Assembly: GCA_002189035.1 (NCBI GenBank)
Contig: NEEC01000012.1
Location: 3,100,001-3,164,000 of the forward strand
DNA length: 64,000 bases
Direction: 5' to 3'
DNA from: Utricularia gibba
Lineage: Eukaryota > Plantae > Magnoliophyta
The notes under the pieces are model-generated. The model was not told the origin of the DNA and made no database searches. It saw nothing but the letters and a program-made list of their open reading frames with translations. This document shows positions 37,476 to 50,939 of this stretch, one piece after another; position 1 is the first letter of the stretch, and each line of letters starts with the position of its first letter. Position numbers and translations under genes: made by a program.

Positions 37476-39104
37476 GTGCTCAACACAATCACTACCCGTC
37501 GACGTGTTTCTTTGCCTCTTCTTTCCTAGTTCCTTATATAAAGTGAAAAAGGCACACCCTAAGTTAAGTTGGCATTGAGAGGGATGCGACATGCCACCGG
37601 AGGAGATTCAGGTAGATATCTTTCTTAATCTTTGCTGGAGCCAACCAACAAGCCTCTGTAGATGTGCATAACGACAAGCGTGCAAGTTGACTGAATGTTG
37701 GACAGGGGGGAAGTGGTACCAAAAGGGTGGAAGAATCGGTTGGCAGTGGACCTCATGCCTTTTGCGCTCGTGACATAAAAGCAGCTGTTATTATTTATGT
37801 TGCCGGGACCGCGTATACTAATAATACATCCTTGTGATCCAGCATGGTTGCTGGCTCTGGTATGGGGTCTGGTGCTGATAGGACTTGCTCATTTTCGACG
37901 AGGGGACACAGTGAGCAGATTTGCTTCCAGCTAACCATATGCTTGGATTATAAGATGCAGCGTACAAGATCATGCTCAACGGTATTGACTCCACTCCCTC
38001 TTTATCTGACTGCTTTTTAGGAATTTGGGTCTTGACTTGGCTATTTGTGGCGAGTGCAGATCACATATATATGAATCGAATTTACAGTTCATGTTATACG
38101 AAACCAAAACCAGATATGAGTTTATAGTCCATGCTCCAAGTATTGTTTCTATCAAGTTGCATCTAAATTAACTCTTTAGAGAACCATGATTTGAATGTGG
38201 CCTCCAGAATGCAGGTGAAACTTGATTTGGGCTCCGGATATAGAGGCCAATGTTGTTTATGGTCCCCCTCACTGTCTACTATGATGTCAATGCACAATCC
38301 CATCTCTTAGTCATTCCCCATGATTGTGTTTTTGGGTGGAGAAAAACATGCACAAAATGATGCACCTCAATTAGGATTTATGCCACTTGAGAGTCAGATT
38401 TGATCCTTGAAAGCACTGTTACGTTACACATTCGCCACACTTAGCTGATCTGCCGAAGAGGGTAGTCATGCATTCCCCCTTTTCCAGATGGGGCGGGGTA
38501 TGGAAGCATAATGATTCATGTCGGCAGTTCAAGAAGTGACCCAGTTTTGCAGGCAAGGAGACAGAGCAGACATGGCGGGTGTCTGATTAAGATTCTCCAC
38601 ATCGTGCGGTATAATGGTGCCACATTTGAGCCTCATTTGTATTGTATAGATTCCTCACGGCCATCACACTCATCCCTTGTTTTCAGCTTTGAGCTTCGGG
38701 TCTTAAATGGAAAATGAGATGAAACCTTGGAGGGTTTGCAGTTCTGCGCAGAAGGTATCTGTTTCCTTGAGAGGCACTCAGCTGCAATAAACCATAGCTA
38801 CCTACACCACGGAGATTGGTGTCCTATGCCTAAAACAACATGACGATATGGCAGACTGGGAGTTGCACTCAGATCCATGCATGGCCTCTCCCTGTCAAAC
38901 ATGATTCTGGAGAATTTGATAGCCTCATGTAAAGAACCATCTCAAAATGTGTGTGAATTCATAAATTAACTGAATGCAAGATTTATTACTGCATGAAGAT
39001 CGTCAAGCAGTGAAAAACAATTGTTTTGTTTCGGTAGATGGAATAAAGAACAGGGGTAGTTGGTAATACCATCTTCAAAGCACAGAATATATATAGTTCG
39101 AGCC

Positions 39105-42100
39105 TTAGAAAAGCGGTAGGCAAGCTGGGAAACGCACATTCCTCCACTGTTTCTCATATGAAACCAAATGCTTCCAGCCAATTTGCTCAAGCAAAGAGAT
39201 CTTCAGATCGTAGAGCTTCTTCTTGGGCGGCTGACTGTCATCTTGGATCATGTCGTTTAAAACCTGTATCAGTATGTAAAATCAGAACTTACAAAAACAC
39301 CAGCCATGCAAAATTATGTAAAATAACATGAGCAAGGTATCTTTGGGTACTAAATGGCGTTTGAAACAACAATGCAGAGAGGATTATGAATCATAGCTGG
39401 GAGGGAGGAAATGATGAAACCTTGAGTGCACTTCCCAGCCGGCCCTTGCGTCTTTCATGGATAACGAATAGTGTTCCAAATCGAGGGGACTTTATATCCA
39501 CCCATTTCTTGAGTTCCTTGAAATTCTCTTCAAAAGCATCTTGCTGCTTGTCACTGGCGTCTGCACCAGCATTATCATCAGCCTTCTCCATCACCACTTC
39601 CTTCTGCAGTATTAGTAATCAAAACCAACTGTAATATTTGATGTTTGCAAACGGTATTGAGACTGGCTCAACGGCCACTGGTTTCAACACTTCCCCTTCA
39701 GTTATGTATCTGTACCTTTAAGGAGTCAATCTCTGCTAAGGCCAAACCTTTCTGGTATAAAGCCTCCGTAAGCTGGTCACGTGTCGTTTCCATTTTCTTC
39801 TTCGTTGTCTAACCACAGTGTTCTGTCAATATCAGGAAAAAAAAAAATTCTATAGCACACATTCTAAATTGCAATGGCTCACTTCAGCATCCTCCTCGTC
39901 AGGATCAATCTTCAAGGCAAAATATTTTGTCAGTTCGTCTGTATCGATGCTTCTGATCACCTCGTCTGCAGCATTTATAATCTGCAGCATGTGGTAGAAC
40001 CCCGTGCACAGTCATGTTAAAAGACCAATCATTTTCCAAACAAAACACTAAGTAAACGATTCACAAAATGAGAAACATTCATCACATCAGGTCATTTCTA
40101 TCACCTGAAAAAGGAAAGTGGTTTTCATCTTGCTATTCACATCAATGAGAAAAGGCATAACATGGAACTTAAGTACAAAAGCCATTTTCACTTTTCATTG
40201 ATTGCAGGAAGTAGGTAAAAATATCTTCTTTTACCGCTTCAAAACGTTGACTTTTGTCTTGAATACCATCCTGGGATATCAATGCATCCAGTATTTTAGC
40301 AAGCAGTGGTGTGTACTTTGGGTACTCTTCCTGAGGTGTTCCAACAACAGTCAGAAACAGTGTTTGAATACTAGAGACTTCTAACTCAAATTAACATTCA
40401 AAATACAGCAACTAGATGCTTATGACACAATGGTGAATCAACCACGATGGCATTGTTGAGGAACATTTTGGTAATTCACCAGAAGAATCAAATCGTTCAT
40501 AAAGAAAACTTCCGTGGCTAATCATGGGAAGATAATAAATTTCCTGACAATCATTGATCAAATCATGAGGCTCTAAATACGAAGGAAGTAGGAAGAGTGT
40601 GCCTTCAGTGAGGCTGACAGCTTGTTCCACTCGGAGCGCTCCTCGTTGGTGTTTTGCTTTAGACCGGAGAAAAACCTTATTTTAGCATCACGAACCTTCA
40701 TAGACCCAATCAAGAAAAACATGTAAATGATATGCACAAAGACCAAGCCATATGGCAACCACTAGACTAGTTAATCAATCAGTATCAGAAAACTAGAAGA
40801 CACCTCTTCTTGTAATTGTTCCATCACACTTTTTGTGGATACAGAGGAGGTTTTACTTTTGTCCCCATCAAACTGAAAAGACACAAAACACAATTCCGTT
40901 CGACGACATAAGCCTTGAGCAGAATCATTTACATCATGGATGCTGTGGGAATCTGTTTTAACATGATCTAGGAGAGGAGATGGTCACAAACCTGTGCTGG
41001 TGGAACTACATATGATACACAATAAGAACATGGATTTTTTTCAGGATTTTTCGCATCATTGTTCATCCCATAGGAAATTTTTCCGTATGAGATTCTCCCA
41101 ACCAACACAGAACCTGGTAAAGCGCCCTGAAATTAAGAAGGAAGCCAGTGGAATTCTCAATTACTCAAGTTTCGTGTAATAGAAAGACCTGCAGGACCAA
41201 ACCTTCGGGAGCTTATCCTTAGGAGGGGCAACATAAAATGCTTCCTTCGTTCTGTCAAAAAAGGAAGAAGCATCTCATGAGGTACCCTAATAATTAATCA
41301 AAAATTCAAACCAACCAAGAAGCATCATACAACTTTATTTACTTGAATAAAAAACCAGAATACAAATAAGAAACTAACAGTTTTTCGACCTTACAAGATG
41401 ATACAAATGGTTTTCACTCACGAAATCCAAGGCAAAGAAGTTAATCATACATCTATGCGTATTACAGTACTAGAGGTATACCCAGGATTCAATGTCGACG
41501 AACTAAAGCTGCTGTCGCCTGTGATTGGGCCATCAGGTTCTGTATAGAAGTTCAGGCGGATAGATTCCTGTACCCAAAAGTTGAATGATAATAAATTATT
41601 AATGAGAATTATTGTACTCATCTGGGATGTGCATAGAAGCGTAGCCGAATAGCATATGAAACACGTTTAGAGCATACCTTCTCATCCAAGCTTTTCTCAA
41701 TAAATATCACTAACTGCTTCAACTTCTCCAAATACTGCAAATTATCATGCCTGAAACATGACATAAAAGATTATACGTAAGATTTTTTTTCCAGGCTCTA
41801 ACATTGTGGAAATGAGGGCGAGGGGTGGGGTGTCAAGTTTCAGATACCTCAAGTAAAGTTGCAACGTGTATTCTCCCTTTGGAAGTTTAGCTGCATCTGG
41901 ATAAACGTCACCCATTGCATACAGACGCTACATGAGAATAACAAAAGTAATTGCAAGAGATCAATACTTAGAATTAAGATAAGATCCTGGCAGTAACAGT
42001 ACAAGGAAAGTAATTCAATATTCCAAGACAGTGCCAATCACCTTATTAGTATCAGATATCATGTAAAACTGAGACTCAAATTTGTTATCATAAATTCGAT

Positions 42101-45100
42101 TGTTTAGCAAGGGGATATGAGGCTTTATCTCAGCAGCATCTTCGAGTTTGAACTTGTAACTAGAGCAACATATAAAAAGCATCAAGGGGATATGAATTTC
42201 CTTGAATAATAAATATGTTGTGATGAAAAAAAAAACTGCATGTCCCACGTCAATAAAAGGGCTATCGTCAATTTTCCTGAAGGCAGTTTGTCACGTTCAG
42301 CAGAAAGTGTTTTCAATTTAGCATCCACAGGGCGGCATGGAATCCTCAGCTGAAAACATTTAGTGATGATTAAAAAATTATAATGCTAAAGCAGCAGCAG
42401 CAGTAATATCTCTGGACAAATCTAGACACCAAAAATTAAAATAAGAACAAAAGATTCACCTTGTTGAGTATTGCTGTTGGTGCAAGAGTTTCCAAGGTAA
42501 GAAGGGACTCAACTTCAATACGCACAGGTGCTTCACTACCATCTAGTATGATCTCATCTTTGCTAACGTTGATCCCGTGAAATGCAACCTGAGTTCAATT
42601 GAAGTATGAAAGTGATTATTTTTTCCCATCTGTATTAATGATTGACCAGAACAATACCGGTAATATGCTTATGCTTTACTGGAATAAATCATTCTAGGTT
42701 TTCAGGGGTAAAAGACTGAACATAAACCACATAAATATCCTCCTTTTATCTTAAACTCATTCAAATTTTTAATAAACAGTGAAAAATGCATTCTCATAAC
42801 TTGAATAGAAATATTAAGAATAATCCACTGCATTGCATTATGCTTGTTAAATCAAGGTAGGATGAAGAGCACAAAGCTAAATATGAAATGAAAAAAACAC
42901 CAAGGAGTACAAATTCAATTCTATTTTTCAACCATCATCTCAAAAGTCAAACTTAAACTCACGGAATTGATCCCTATGGGACAAAAGGAGAACCATAGTA
43001 TCTTTACCTCAAAATCTACTTTAGTAACATCATCACTTCCTACACCACTGGACCAGAACTGGGCAATTGCTATTTCCATGGTCCGCCCACCTTCAACAGC
43101 AAAGGTAAAACTTTTGGAAGATGGGGAAGGAAAAGTGGCAACGGATTCCCATTTAACTGGCCTTTGCAGAGGGGAGATCTATAAAGAAAATATGATATCG
43201 AAAATATCCAGTCAATTCTTTTACACCAAGAACGTCATTGTGTGAGGAAATTAAAAGAACGCAAAGCATACAAGTACCTGAACAGAATCAATGAAAAATC
43301 TTCTTGCTGTAGTAAAACCTGATGTTTTCATGGTTACCTCAGCCCAAGATGCTCCAAATGGTGCTTGAACAAATTTTCTTTGAATGAGACCTGAAATGAA
43401 TAATTTGAAAACATCATCGAAGCACTAACTTTACATTCTAAACCAGCATCAAAGCAACCGTAAATTTTCATAATTTAAAGATACCTGGTGTAAACTGCAT
43501 TTCCTTAAACAGAGCAACTGGAGGCTGACTTGTGACGACCTGTGGCTTTGTGATAGTGATGGGAATTCTAAAGACAGGACCACGCCATGGTGAATCACAG
43601 ACTATACCAGACACTTCATAGTAATGAAGACCTTCACCCAGAGAGGTAGGATCCACAATTATGCTGGACAAAAAAAAAAAAAAAAAAAAAAAAACTGAGA
43701 ATTTACTATAAACTAGCAATGACAAAAGAAGCATACACTATAAATAATGCATGAGATACATGGAAATTTCCATTGCATCCATAAAACTGCTTCGGCATCA
43801 CATTATCCGTGTGTCTATGTCCTATTGGGAAAAGTGCATAAGGGAAGAATGAAATTCCACAATTTGAGAATTTTGGTTATGTGCTACAAAATCTGTATAG
43901 TAAATTATTTCACACATCTAATACAAAAACAAGTAAATTGAAGCCAGATAGGCGAAGCATAAATATAAATATACTACAACGGAAAGGAGGAGGCATCCAG
44001 ACATACTTGAACTCACGTCCATTATATGTTAGGAGAAGGTATTCTGGAGCCTTGACCACCAACCCATCCGAACAACACAACTTTATACATTCTTCATAAG
44101 GAACAAGGTGATCCAAATTACTTGCATCATCATGGAACTTCGGCTCAATTTTTACCGTCCACTGCAAGACAAGATGCAGGAAACTGAAGGAAATAAAATA
44201 AAATCATGGATCTCAAATTGAAAAGCAATCTAATTCATAAAGCAATAAACATCCCCTTGTAATCTAATAACCCTTGAAGTACCAATGACTTAATAATAAC
44301 ATGGCAAATGTGTCTATTTTCTCCTGGGGGATTCTTCCAATGATAATTATCAAGTAAAATTCACGATGCCAAAAGACAAGAAGTCAATAGCATCAAGAGA
44401 TCTCATGGAAAACGAAATATACAAAGAATAAACTCAAACACTACAAGAATTAGAGAGCTGCTGACGTTACTGAAACCATTTTCATTTGTTTGTTACACAT
44501 GTTTACCTCGCTTGACTGATTACACAAAGAAGCTTCCCTAAGGTAAACGCCTCTTGATGTATATTCTGCACACACAAAAGTATTCAAAAATCAGTTAAGT
44601 CTGTCAAATTATAAGGGACATCCATCTGATGCAAGATTATGGAGTTTTCTGACTGAGAGACTTCATAATGCTCTTAAAAAATGGAAGAACGAAAGAGATC
44701 AGGGAGGAAAAGTTCACCCACTTGATTTCCCAGATCGCTTGATCTTTAATTGGTATCTAACAGATGACGTATCATGAGCTTTCTGAATATACTCATAAGC
44801 CCTACAATCCAATAATGAAAACTCTCACTCACAATCTAGATGTATACCATTCGGTGAAAAAGAACTTAATACAGTATTGAGGTGGTTAATTTCAGATTCC
44901 AATTTAAAACCACTATCTAAAGATATGTTCCCGCACATATTCTCAAAATAAATTTTCAGAAAATGAGAATGTAAACTAAAATTAGAATGACAAATAAAAT
45001 GAATTGATGTTTTATAACTTTAAAAAAAGATTGCATAATAAAAAATATGTTCTGTTGCAAAATGAGAAATCACTTTACAAGAATTCCAATTTTAATTGAT

Positions 45101-48100
45101 CGAACTCTAGAAATAAAAAATTGAAAAGGTAATTTGAAGAAATGAATTAAAATAGATGAAAAATTAATTTTAAACCATATAATTCGTCATATACTAACTT
45201 GTCAACTTGCATCAACCCTTGACCAGAAGATAATTTATCTTCAAGAGAGCCACCAACAGGTTTTGACGTATTCTCTAAGGCTTCCCGTACTCCATAAGGA
45301 CTCACATGCAGCCCTTCAGCCTGAGAATATTCTAAACGTTATAGCTCAAACAACAAAATACATCACAACATGATCTAATCCAAGGACTAAATATGATTAT
45401 GAACGACGGACCTTCATTGCACTAATCAAGAGAGCTACACCTCCACAAGCACAAGGCGATGACATTGAAGTTCCATTCATGAACATACGACGTTGAAGAG
45501 TCCAAGTTGGAACAGGAGCCATAGCACCACCAGCAGCGGAAATACAGACACCCAAATCCCCATCGGTTGTAGGTCCTCTGCTAGACCTAAATGCATACAG
45601 CTATGACAAATGACTACAGATAAAAACCCCATATAAGGTGAAGAGTTCATGCTTACACAAAATGATGTGATACATGCCAAGAGTAGTGTAGAAACCGAGT
45701 AGCCAACAAATTGGAATGTAACGGGGGTGTACCAGGTATATTCAAGGCCTTCATCAGGGGCTTCTACCAAATTGTGAGCTCCTGCAGCCATAGCAGGAGA
45801 AACATAAGCTCCAACCCCAATAATGCTGGATGTAGTACCACCAGGTGCCCCAACTGTGCTCAAGGCTGGTCCATTGTTACCCGCACTACTAATAAATATC
45901 AACCGATGCTTGTTTACAACCTACATGGTCATCTAAATCAAAAAGATGCAAACAAGATTCATGGTAGCGTGATAGCCTGTCTTCTAATTACTGTTGACTA
46001 CTTTACCTCATTCACAATATCGATGAAGCGGCCGTAATCTGGTAGTAGGGTTGGCTCACCATAGCTCATATTTATCAAGTCACAATTGTGCTGCATATCA
46101 TCAAAAGCGAATCATTGCAAAAAGGAAGAAGCAATATCCTATTATGAAAGCACATTCTTTATTTACTAAATAGCATCGGAATAATAACCTCCAGCGCCAC
46201 AATTAGTGCACGAACCAAGCCTGTCCCTGTCTCCATTGAACCTAAACGTGAATCTCCTATTTTGCATGAGATCAATTGTGCTCCAGGAGCAACTCCGTTT
46301 AACAAGGGTTCCTATGACATAAACCATACTAGCTGATTCATTTGCAACAGAAAATCATTTAATTCTATAATGTACCCTCACAGTTACCTTCGAATGGTAA
46401 GCAGATGTTATAGAAGCAACATGAGTGCCATGAGGAGAACAGTCAGTTACAATACTCAACACGTTACCATCACCATAAACATTAAGGACAAAAGTGCATG
46501 CATCCAGTTTGCTAAAGACGCCATACTGCCGTTCAATCCTACAAAACAGAGCCAGAATTATGCAATCCTGGAGGAAAACAAAAGCAGAACTGAAAACGCT
46601 GCATTATTTCAACATCTGAAAGCATTACGAGAGAATCCAGACTATCCAAGGAACCTTTTCTTACATCAAAAAACAGAGTGAAAATTTTTGAATTAAAAAA
46701 ATTAATGAATTGGAAAAAAGCTCACATGATTTATAGGAAATGAGCCACGGACACATAAACATCAAACTCTTAAAATAAAAATTTATGCATTTTTTTCCGG
46801 AAAAAATAATGGGTAGCAACTCAAGACCCAAAAATTTATAATTGCATCACTCTGATCCAACTAGCCTGCACTAGTATGACAGTATACCAATTTATTTTTC
46901 ACCAAGACTAGTTGCGTTAGATAAAAAAAAATGTACCTATAATTTGTTAGAGGAACAAAATCAGCAAGCTTTCCATGTCCTGGTGCATCCTCAAGACTCT
47001 GTGTGTCAAGGGCAGCTCTCCAAAGCTCACCATCATGCCATACCACAGCATCTATAACAGGTCCTTTGTCATCATAGCTCTAGAATTAAAATAGCATTAA
47101 CTAGGATTTGAAACTGACGAACAAAAACAGAAAGAAAGGATGATGACAGTAATCAGTAAGAACATATACCTCTGCATGCTTGCGCAGAAGATCCACCCGA
47201 TTCTGGAGATCTTCCCGTTTCCTTTTTAAGTTGGTATCATCACCAATCTTTGCGTGTCTCTACGATGAGGTTTATTATCATGGCCAAAAAAATGTAAAGG
47301 AAATAAGAACTATATCAATCAGGTACATGACAAAGACAAGGAGAAAAAAAAATGAAAGAAAAAACGTTCTATTCCATTCAGAAAAAACCTTAAATTTTGA
47401 AAAAAAAAAAAAAAAGAAGAAGAAGAAGAAGAAGAAGAAGAAAAGGGACGAAGTTCTACAATTCAAGAAGCATGTAAAAGGAGAAAGAAGTATGTTTTAC
47501 ATACTGCAGCGAACTCTTATCCAGATACCTTCTATATTTTCACTCCCAATCATCATTGGCATAGGATACACCATAATCAGAATTACCTTGTCAAATTCAT
47601 CAAGCTCCTTTATTGCAACCGCTATTGATTTCTGGTTTTCCTCCTCCCACTTCTTCTTACGCTCTTTCTGGAAAAAAAAGGAAGGAAAAAGAGATGGAAA
47701 TAAGCTTAATGTGCAACCATGTAAAGGACTGAGACTGGAGTTGTTTTCATCGGTATACTGATGATATAAATGCCACAAACGATACAAGAATCCCACCAAT
47801 CACTATTACCTTCAATCTATCAGTCAGCGTGTTTGGGAAAAGCTCGTAGACCAGCTTACAACCAATGTGCCATTCTCCAGATGGATTATTCCATGATGAA
47901 TTTACAACCAAAGAATTGCCTAATAGTCTCAGAGTCACAAGAAAGAAAAACAACTTTTCAAATAAATCATAACGGTTTTGTGTTTCATTCAGGAAATAAA
48001 AACCAGTTTGTAAATTTGTGTAGTAATAAAAAGACCTGATGTGCCAGTAATTCGCCCATCATCATCCGCCTTGACAATAGTTGAAGTATCAACATCCCCA

Positions 48101-49062
48101 CTTCCCGTACTGTGGGAATAGCATATCCAGGAAAAATGAACTTTCAAGCCCTTATTAACTTTAAAATGGAAAACACAAAACACTAGGGGGGGGGGGGGAA
48201 TAGAATCAAGCAAAAAAGTGATCACGAAAAAAAAAAAAAAAAGGCAGGCATCGTTCACAACTTCTCAAAAATCATCCATCTTAAGATTCTCCGGTTATAC
48301 TCTACATCGATATATTAATTTGGTCAACAAAACATGATTTTCATACCCGCCAAAGACATCCAATACCATAAACGCAAAAAAAGGGAATAGAATCAAGAAC
48401 AAAAGTGATCCCAAAGAAAAGGCAGCCCACGAACCATAACTACGACACGTGCATATTTTTCACCCTAAAACCAAAAATAACCTTCCCAAAATCCATCTTT
48501 AGATTTCTCTGTTTATACTATCCTTCGACATTTTCATTTTGATCAACAAGACATGATTTTTATACCAATCAACAACATCCAAAATCTTGGGTTTTCCTTC
48601 CGACGTCACTCTGAGACCATCAGCGGCCGGGTCCACGCCGGAATCTATGAGGAAAGAGAAAAACAATGGTAACATCAATAAAAAGCGCAAGATGCATTCT
48701 TGAACTAAACGAAGAAATACGATACCAAAAATGGCAATAAGCACTCCGCGACCATCGTACTCGGGATGCGCCTCAACAAAACGATCAGCGACGATTTCAT
48801 TCTTCGGCATGAGCGACGCCAGGAACGATAACTCATTCAGTTTGAATTTACTTCCCACACCACCACTCCCATCCACAGTAGGCATCGCCCCCACACCTCT
48901 TCTGCGGATGCTTCGGAAACCCTGCCTTTTAATCCCCCGGGAATCTCCAATCCCAATCCCAATCACGGAGACAAATGGCGGAAGCCACAGAGACCAGGGT
49001 GCGTGTCGAATTACCCCTCGATGGTAACGATCGTAACAGCAGTAATTGCACAGGGTTTTCAT
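39105..49062 (-). CDS. TPP2: Tripeptidyl-peptidase II (subtilase S8), many exons; alternative in-frame start at 48885
   Basis: [32 protein letters not shown]|DSGVDP (Asp), PHGTHVA (His), NGTSMSSP (Ser); C-terminal [16 protein letters not shown] at 39105. Not every internal exon was frame-checked. Confidence 0.94.
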
Positions 49063-50026
49063 GATACAGAATAATTAATGCAAAGCACACAGGGGCGTTT
49101 TGGGTACTACGACAAGTTACCGTTACGTGATTCTATAGAGCCGTTGGGGGCACAAACGAGTGGCCTTGAAGGCCTTCCTTATCTTCGTGCACCTCTCCCT
49201 CCATGGCCAATGCCCGGAGGCCACGTCTCCTCATTATGTAAAGAGTCAAAAATGACCATGGCCAATGTCCAATGCACCCAACTCCTAATGACATCCCATT
49301 ACAATTCATACCACCAAAATTAGATAACATTATTCGTAGTGACTCTTAGTCAACTTGTAAAACGGGACGAGTTGGACTCAAACCTCGTCATGATAAAAAA
49401 TTTTAGATGATATTTTTACTTCTGTTTTTATCAAATATAATTTTGTACAAAATAATTCCTATTTCTATTTTCTGATTAGATTTGTAGTCATTCGATTCAT
49501 CGTCACAAAGTTTTCCCTCAATCTCATTGGTTGGTCTATGTTCTTTCTTGTTGTGAAATTTGTGTTTCTTTTATGTTTATTTATTCAATCATTTTCAAAG
49601 GAAAATGCCAAGAATTCCCCATTCGTCCACAAACATGGTAGAAAGTAAAAATAAAAATAATTTTATTTTAGAATAATATTAATTGTAAAAATACTTTTAA
49701 AATTTTACTCTAAAAATCATTTTTAGAAAAGTAAGAAATATGTTAATTTTACTTCTTATTTCTAATTTTCTAAAATGATTTTGAAAAATAAAAATAATTT
49801 GTATAAATTTTCTAGAATACTGCTTAAATTTTCGAGTGTTTATTTTTTGTCTTGCTGGGAAAACCTAGATCAATTAAATGTCTTTTCCCGTGTGGGTGTC
49901 TTTATTTTGATTCCAATCCTATTATCGAGGTTAGTACTGATTGCTGCTTATTCTCATAAACTTTGGGTGTTGGTTTAATGACTTGGGGCTGTATCTGTAA
50001 CCACTGTGAATGCATCTTCTTTATAG

Positions 50027-50443
50027 GGCAAAGATATTGGTAGTGATGTAGACCGGATATGTAGGCTACTGGGTACCTCTCTTATCTGCATTTGGTTTGA
50101 CTTAGTATTGTTTCACAGCTGTTTTCTTGTTAACCGTGTATGCGTTGCTGACCAAAAAAGTACCTTGAATGACAAAGGAAATGGGGATTGTGCTGGTGTT
50201 GACAAACAATCTTATATTTGGTTAGTGCAGTATGCTTCCTCTCATGAGCTCATAATCTCATTGTAAATTGTGGATGAGAATGGATCTGCTACAAAGGCCT
50301 ATGCAGCACAGTTTTGTTCTTTTGTTAACCCCTTCAGGTGCAATAAGCTCAACACATGATGCACTGATGCTGTTTCAGCTATGTTGGTAACTTCTCCTCT
50401 GAACATATGGAGAGAAATTCGAAATGTGTTTTCTTGAACAGTG
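50027..50443 (+). pseudogene. Three phase-compatible pseudo-exons of an unidentified gene
   Basis: AG/GT-bounded segments 50027-50072, 50119-50220 and 50338-50443 join in one frame with three stop codons. Confidence 0.3.
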
Positions 50444-50939
50444 GTATGTTCTTTTTTTTATCATTAAGTGATGCCATTGGAACTAACTGTATTTAGGGTG
50501 ATGAATATGCACATTCCTAGTAGTTGATGCGATGTCGGAGTGCTTAGACATCATAATGATGGCAAAATGGCATCCCACAAAAATTGATTTGCAACCAAAC
50601 ATTTAAACTTCATTATAATATTTGATAGTTATATTTCAAAAAATCTAAAAATTTAGAAAAAAAATTTATGTAATAAGATGAAAAATAAATTTTATATTTT
50701 TTCAAAATCATTTTTGGAGAAAATAGTGGGCCTAGTCTTGTATTTTTCCCCTAAATCCCAATTGTGTTGCACTCCTTATCATTCATGAGTCACATTGTTT
50801 TCTCCGCATTATTATTGATTTTTTTTTTGAAAACGCACCAATCCTATCTTTTTTCATTCTCTTGAGTAACAAGCTTTTTTGGCCAAAACCAGCCATGGAG
50901 GCCCCATGATGAATCCCAAAAGAAAATGGGATGGATTGT

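Noticed and set aside
47180-47799. Lys-rich and Phe-rich ORFs inside TPP2
   Set aside because: Produced by intronic poly-A and (AAG)n tracts.
49365-49395. GACGAG…CTCGTC hairpin as a Helitron 3' end
   Set aside because: No CTRR terminus at the expected distance and no matching 5' end found.
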